From NCBI GenBank assembly GCA_965287045.1, contig OZ336874.1, positions 48,174,001-48,238,000 on the forward strand: 64,000 bases of DNA, read 5' to 3'. Both the position numbers and the translations under genes were made by a program. Source of the stretch: Carcharhinus amblyrhynchos. Taxonomy: Eukaryota. Shown here in pieces: positions 61,783 through 64,000 of this stretch (positions are counted from its first letter, which is position 1; every line of letters starts with the position of its first letter). The notes below the pieces were generated by a model. The model saw only the letters and a list, made by a program, of their open reading frames with translations. It did no database searches and had not been told where the DNA came from.

Positions 61783-62330
61783 GAGCGGGATTCTCCCAAA
61801 AAAATTCAAAGTGCCGAGTTTGCATGAAAACTGAAGTAAATCACATGGGATTTTCAAAATGAATCTCCCGCACTCTGTGCATCACAGTGTGTCTCAGCGT
61901 GAATCACGCTAAAAATCAGCGGGTGGGACGTATTCTGATTGGAGAGGCCGGCAGCATAGCACTGAGCAGGCTGCTGCGCATGTGCTGATCTACCAGCACT
62001 GAGATTGGCACATACGCGGTAGCCCTTTACTGCTGGCTTCCCAATCACTGGCCAGGCCTGCGACCCCACATCTCTTGCTGTGCGACCCTCCCATCACCCT
62101 GGCCTTCCTCCCTAAAGAGTGACAGCAGAAACCACACCCCTCCCCCCAACCCACTGATTTCCCCCACCCCAAGACCTAGCTTCCCTCTGGCCCCACTGCC
62201 TTGAGCAGTGCCTGAGGGCCAGGTTGGCATTACCAAGCTGGCCATGCCCAGGGCAACCTGTCCTACCCCTGACCAGGACTGAAGTCTCCGGGCCTGCTAA
62301 TGAGATGGAAATGGCCATTTGAATAACTTA
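61783..62330. mobile_element. GC-rich MITE-like element (same family as 29580-30333)
   Basis: gcgggattctccc...gaatctcccgcactctgtgca...gcagcatagcactgagcagg is shared with the 29580 copy. Confidence 0.62.
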
Positions 62331-62849
62331 TTCACCTCTGTCCGATTTCATAGCTCCTGTTGTCTGTCCATGGTGGACACTGGGTGAGATGGCAATGGTG
62401 GATTGTGGACAAAGGGAGATAAAGGCATGGGTTGGCATGAGATGGGACTAAGTTGGCATGGGGCTATAAGGGTCCATTGGAATGAATGGGGGAGTGTCAT
62501 AGGTTGGCACCTATTAGGTAGGTGGGTTATAAGTGGCCATGGGGATGTGTAGGCAAGGTGAGGACTAGAAGGTCTAATATTAAATAATACAGTGGAAGTA
62601 GTTCGAAAGAACTGAGGTGGGTCTTTTGACCAGCCCACCTTGGCAGTCCTTATGTGCAGCTACCAGCCGTTTCCAGGGGTGGTGGGTTTGACCTCAACTC
62701 CTGGAATGAAAATGATACAAATTGGGGCACTTTTTCCTGAAGCAGATGGGAAAAGCAAGAAAAATTGACGTAAATTCATATACCCATCTAGGGAACCAAA
62801 ATCCAGGCTCTTGTATTTGCAGGGTGCCCCAAAGCACCTGTTAGCCACT

Positions 62850-63255
62850 TAATTGTTTTTGAAATGTAGTTGCTGTTGCAATACAGGCAAACTTGACAAC
62901 CAACATGCATTCAAGAAAATGTCACAACAGAAGTTAAATGACCAGTTACTCTGTTTGTTGAAGGTGGGTTGAGGAACAATTGGCTGTGGTATCAGGAGAG
63001 CTTCCGTGGTCATGTTCAATAGTGCCAAGGGATCTTTCACCCGACCTAAGAGATGGCATAATGGTTAACACTGCTGCCTCACAGCGCCTGGGACCCAGGT
63101 TCGATTCCCAGCTTGGGTCACTGTGCGGAGTCTGCACGTTTTAGAAATTTTAGATGGAAGCATCAGAAAATGGCACCTCTGACAGTGCTCCTTCCCCTCT
63201 GCACTGCCCTAGAAGGTCAGCCTAGATAATGTGCTCAAGGCTGTGGAGCAAGACT
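62850..63255 (-). mobile_element. DeuSINE-like remnant interrupted by a V-SINE head (63052-63141, +)
   Basis: aatagtgccaagggatctttcac...tggcacctctgacagtgc...gtcagcctagataatgtgctcaag. The insert has A and B boxes and the start of the V core. Confidence 0.72.
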
Positions 63256-63651
63256 TTATTCTGCAACTCATTGTCTCGGATAACAGCCACGAAGACACAG
63301 TTGCTACATACAGCGCACAAGAGAAGATTTTCTGACTCTTGTCTGTAGCCAGAATGTATCTAAAACTGCAAGCAGCTTGGCAAGAGTTTTCTGATGACTC
63401 AGAAACTCTATCCCACTTTTTTTGCACATCTAATTTTAATGTTGTTGTGTTAATGCCTAATCACAAGAACAGTTTGAAATTTCTCTACTTGCTGTTCTTC
63501 TGAGATATTACCATATTGACACAAGATACATTACACTGGTCAATAAATTTGATTCTTTCAACACTTGAAATTGCACAAAGAACTTTTTAAAGTAAATTCT
63601 TAACTAAATTATTTAATAATGCATTGTATTTGTGCAAAAAATGAATGGACC

Positions 63652-63775
63652 AACTGCACCTATGCCACGTGGACTGCAGCGATTCAAGAAGGCAGCTCAA
63701 CACCACCTACTCGAGGATAATTAGAGGTGGGCAATAAATGCTGGTCTAGATAGATGTCCACATCCTATGAAAATT
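63652..63775 (+). mobile_element. Old LINE 3' tail fragment
   Basis: tggactgcagcgattcaagaaggcagctca...gggcaataaatgctgg. A minus-strand equivalent lies at 19625-19745. Confidence 0.8.
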
Positions 63776-64000
63776 TTTTTTAAATGATTGACAGAACAGT
63801 TTGGCGGATGCATAAAATAACTGCCACACTAAATCCATATTCATGTTGTTAGAAATTTTGAGTATGCTATGCTTCCCATCTTTCATGTTTGGTTACATGA
63901 AACCGCCAAAGTAAACATTTAGACTGAAATTCCTGTATGTAAACAGTTGCAAGCTTTGACCACCATGCAGTCCTGTGAGGGCAACTACTGATCAAATAAG

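Noticed and set aside
130-63427. The many 60-160 aa ORFs in the track
   Set aside because: Many start at non-ATG codons or lie in or antisense to repeats. Apart from the LINE fragments, none resembles a protein family I recognise.

Overview
This is non-coding vertebrate DNA, most likely elasmobranch (shark); that is inferred from the repeat families (V-SINE/HE1-like, CR1/HER1-like, DeuSINE-like), not from a search. I found no host protein-coding exon, tRNA, rRNA, CRISPR array or prokaryotic system. The only long ORFs are CR1 LINE reverse-transcriptase fragments, and the short ORFs in the track look spurious or repeat-derived. The window is a layered retroelement landscape. (1) Young and old CR1 LINEs, including one nested in another so that a chimeric 708-codon ORF results. 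(2) tRNA-derived SINEs of several core types. (3) Two families of short Penelope-like elements with inverted arms, hammerhead-ribozyme-like cores and 7-14 bp target-site duplications (TSDs). (4) A 313-bp solo LTR with a 5-bp TSD. (5) MITE-like elements. The most unusual item is a ~310-nt minus-strand element (53915-54223) with a U2 snRNA head, a second U2-like segment, several hairpins and a poly(A) tail. Family names come from recalled consensus sequences, and boundaries of old repeats are approximate.
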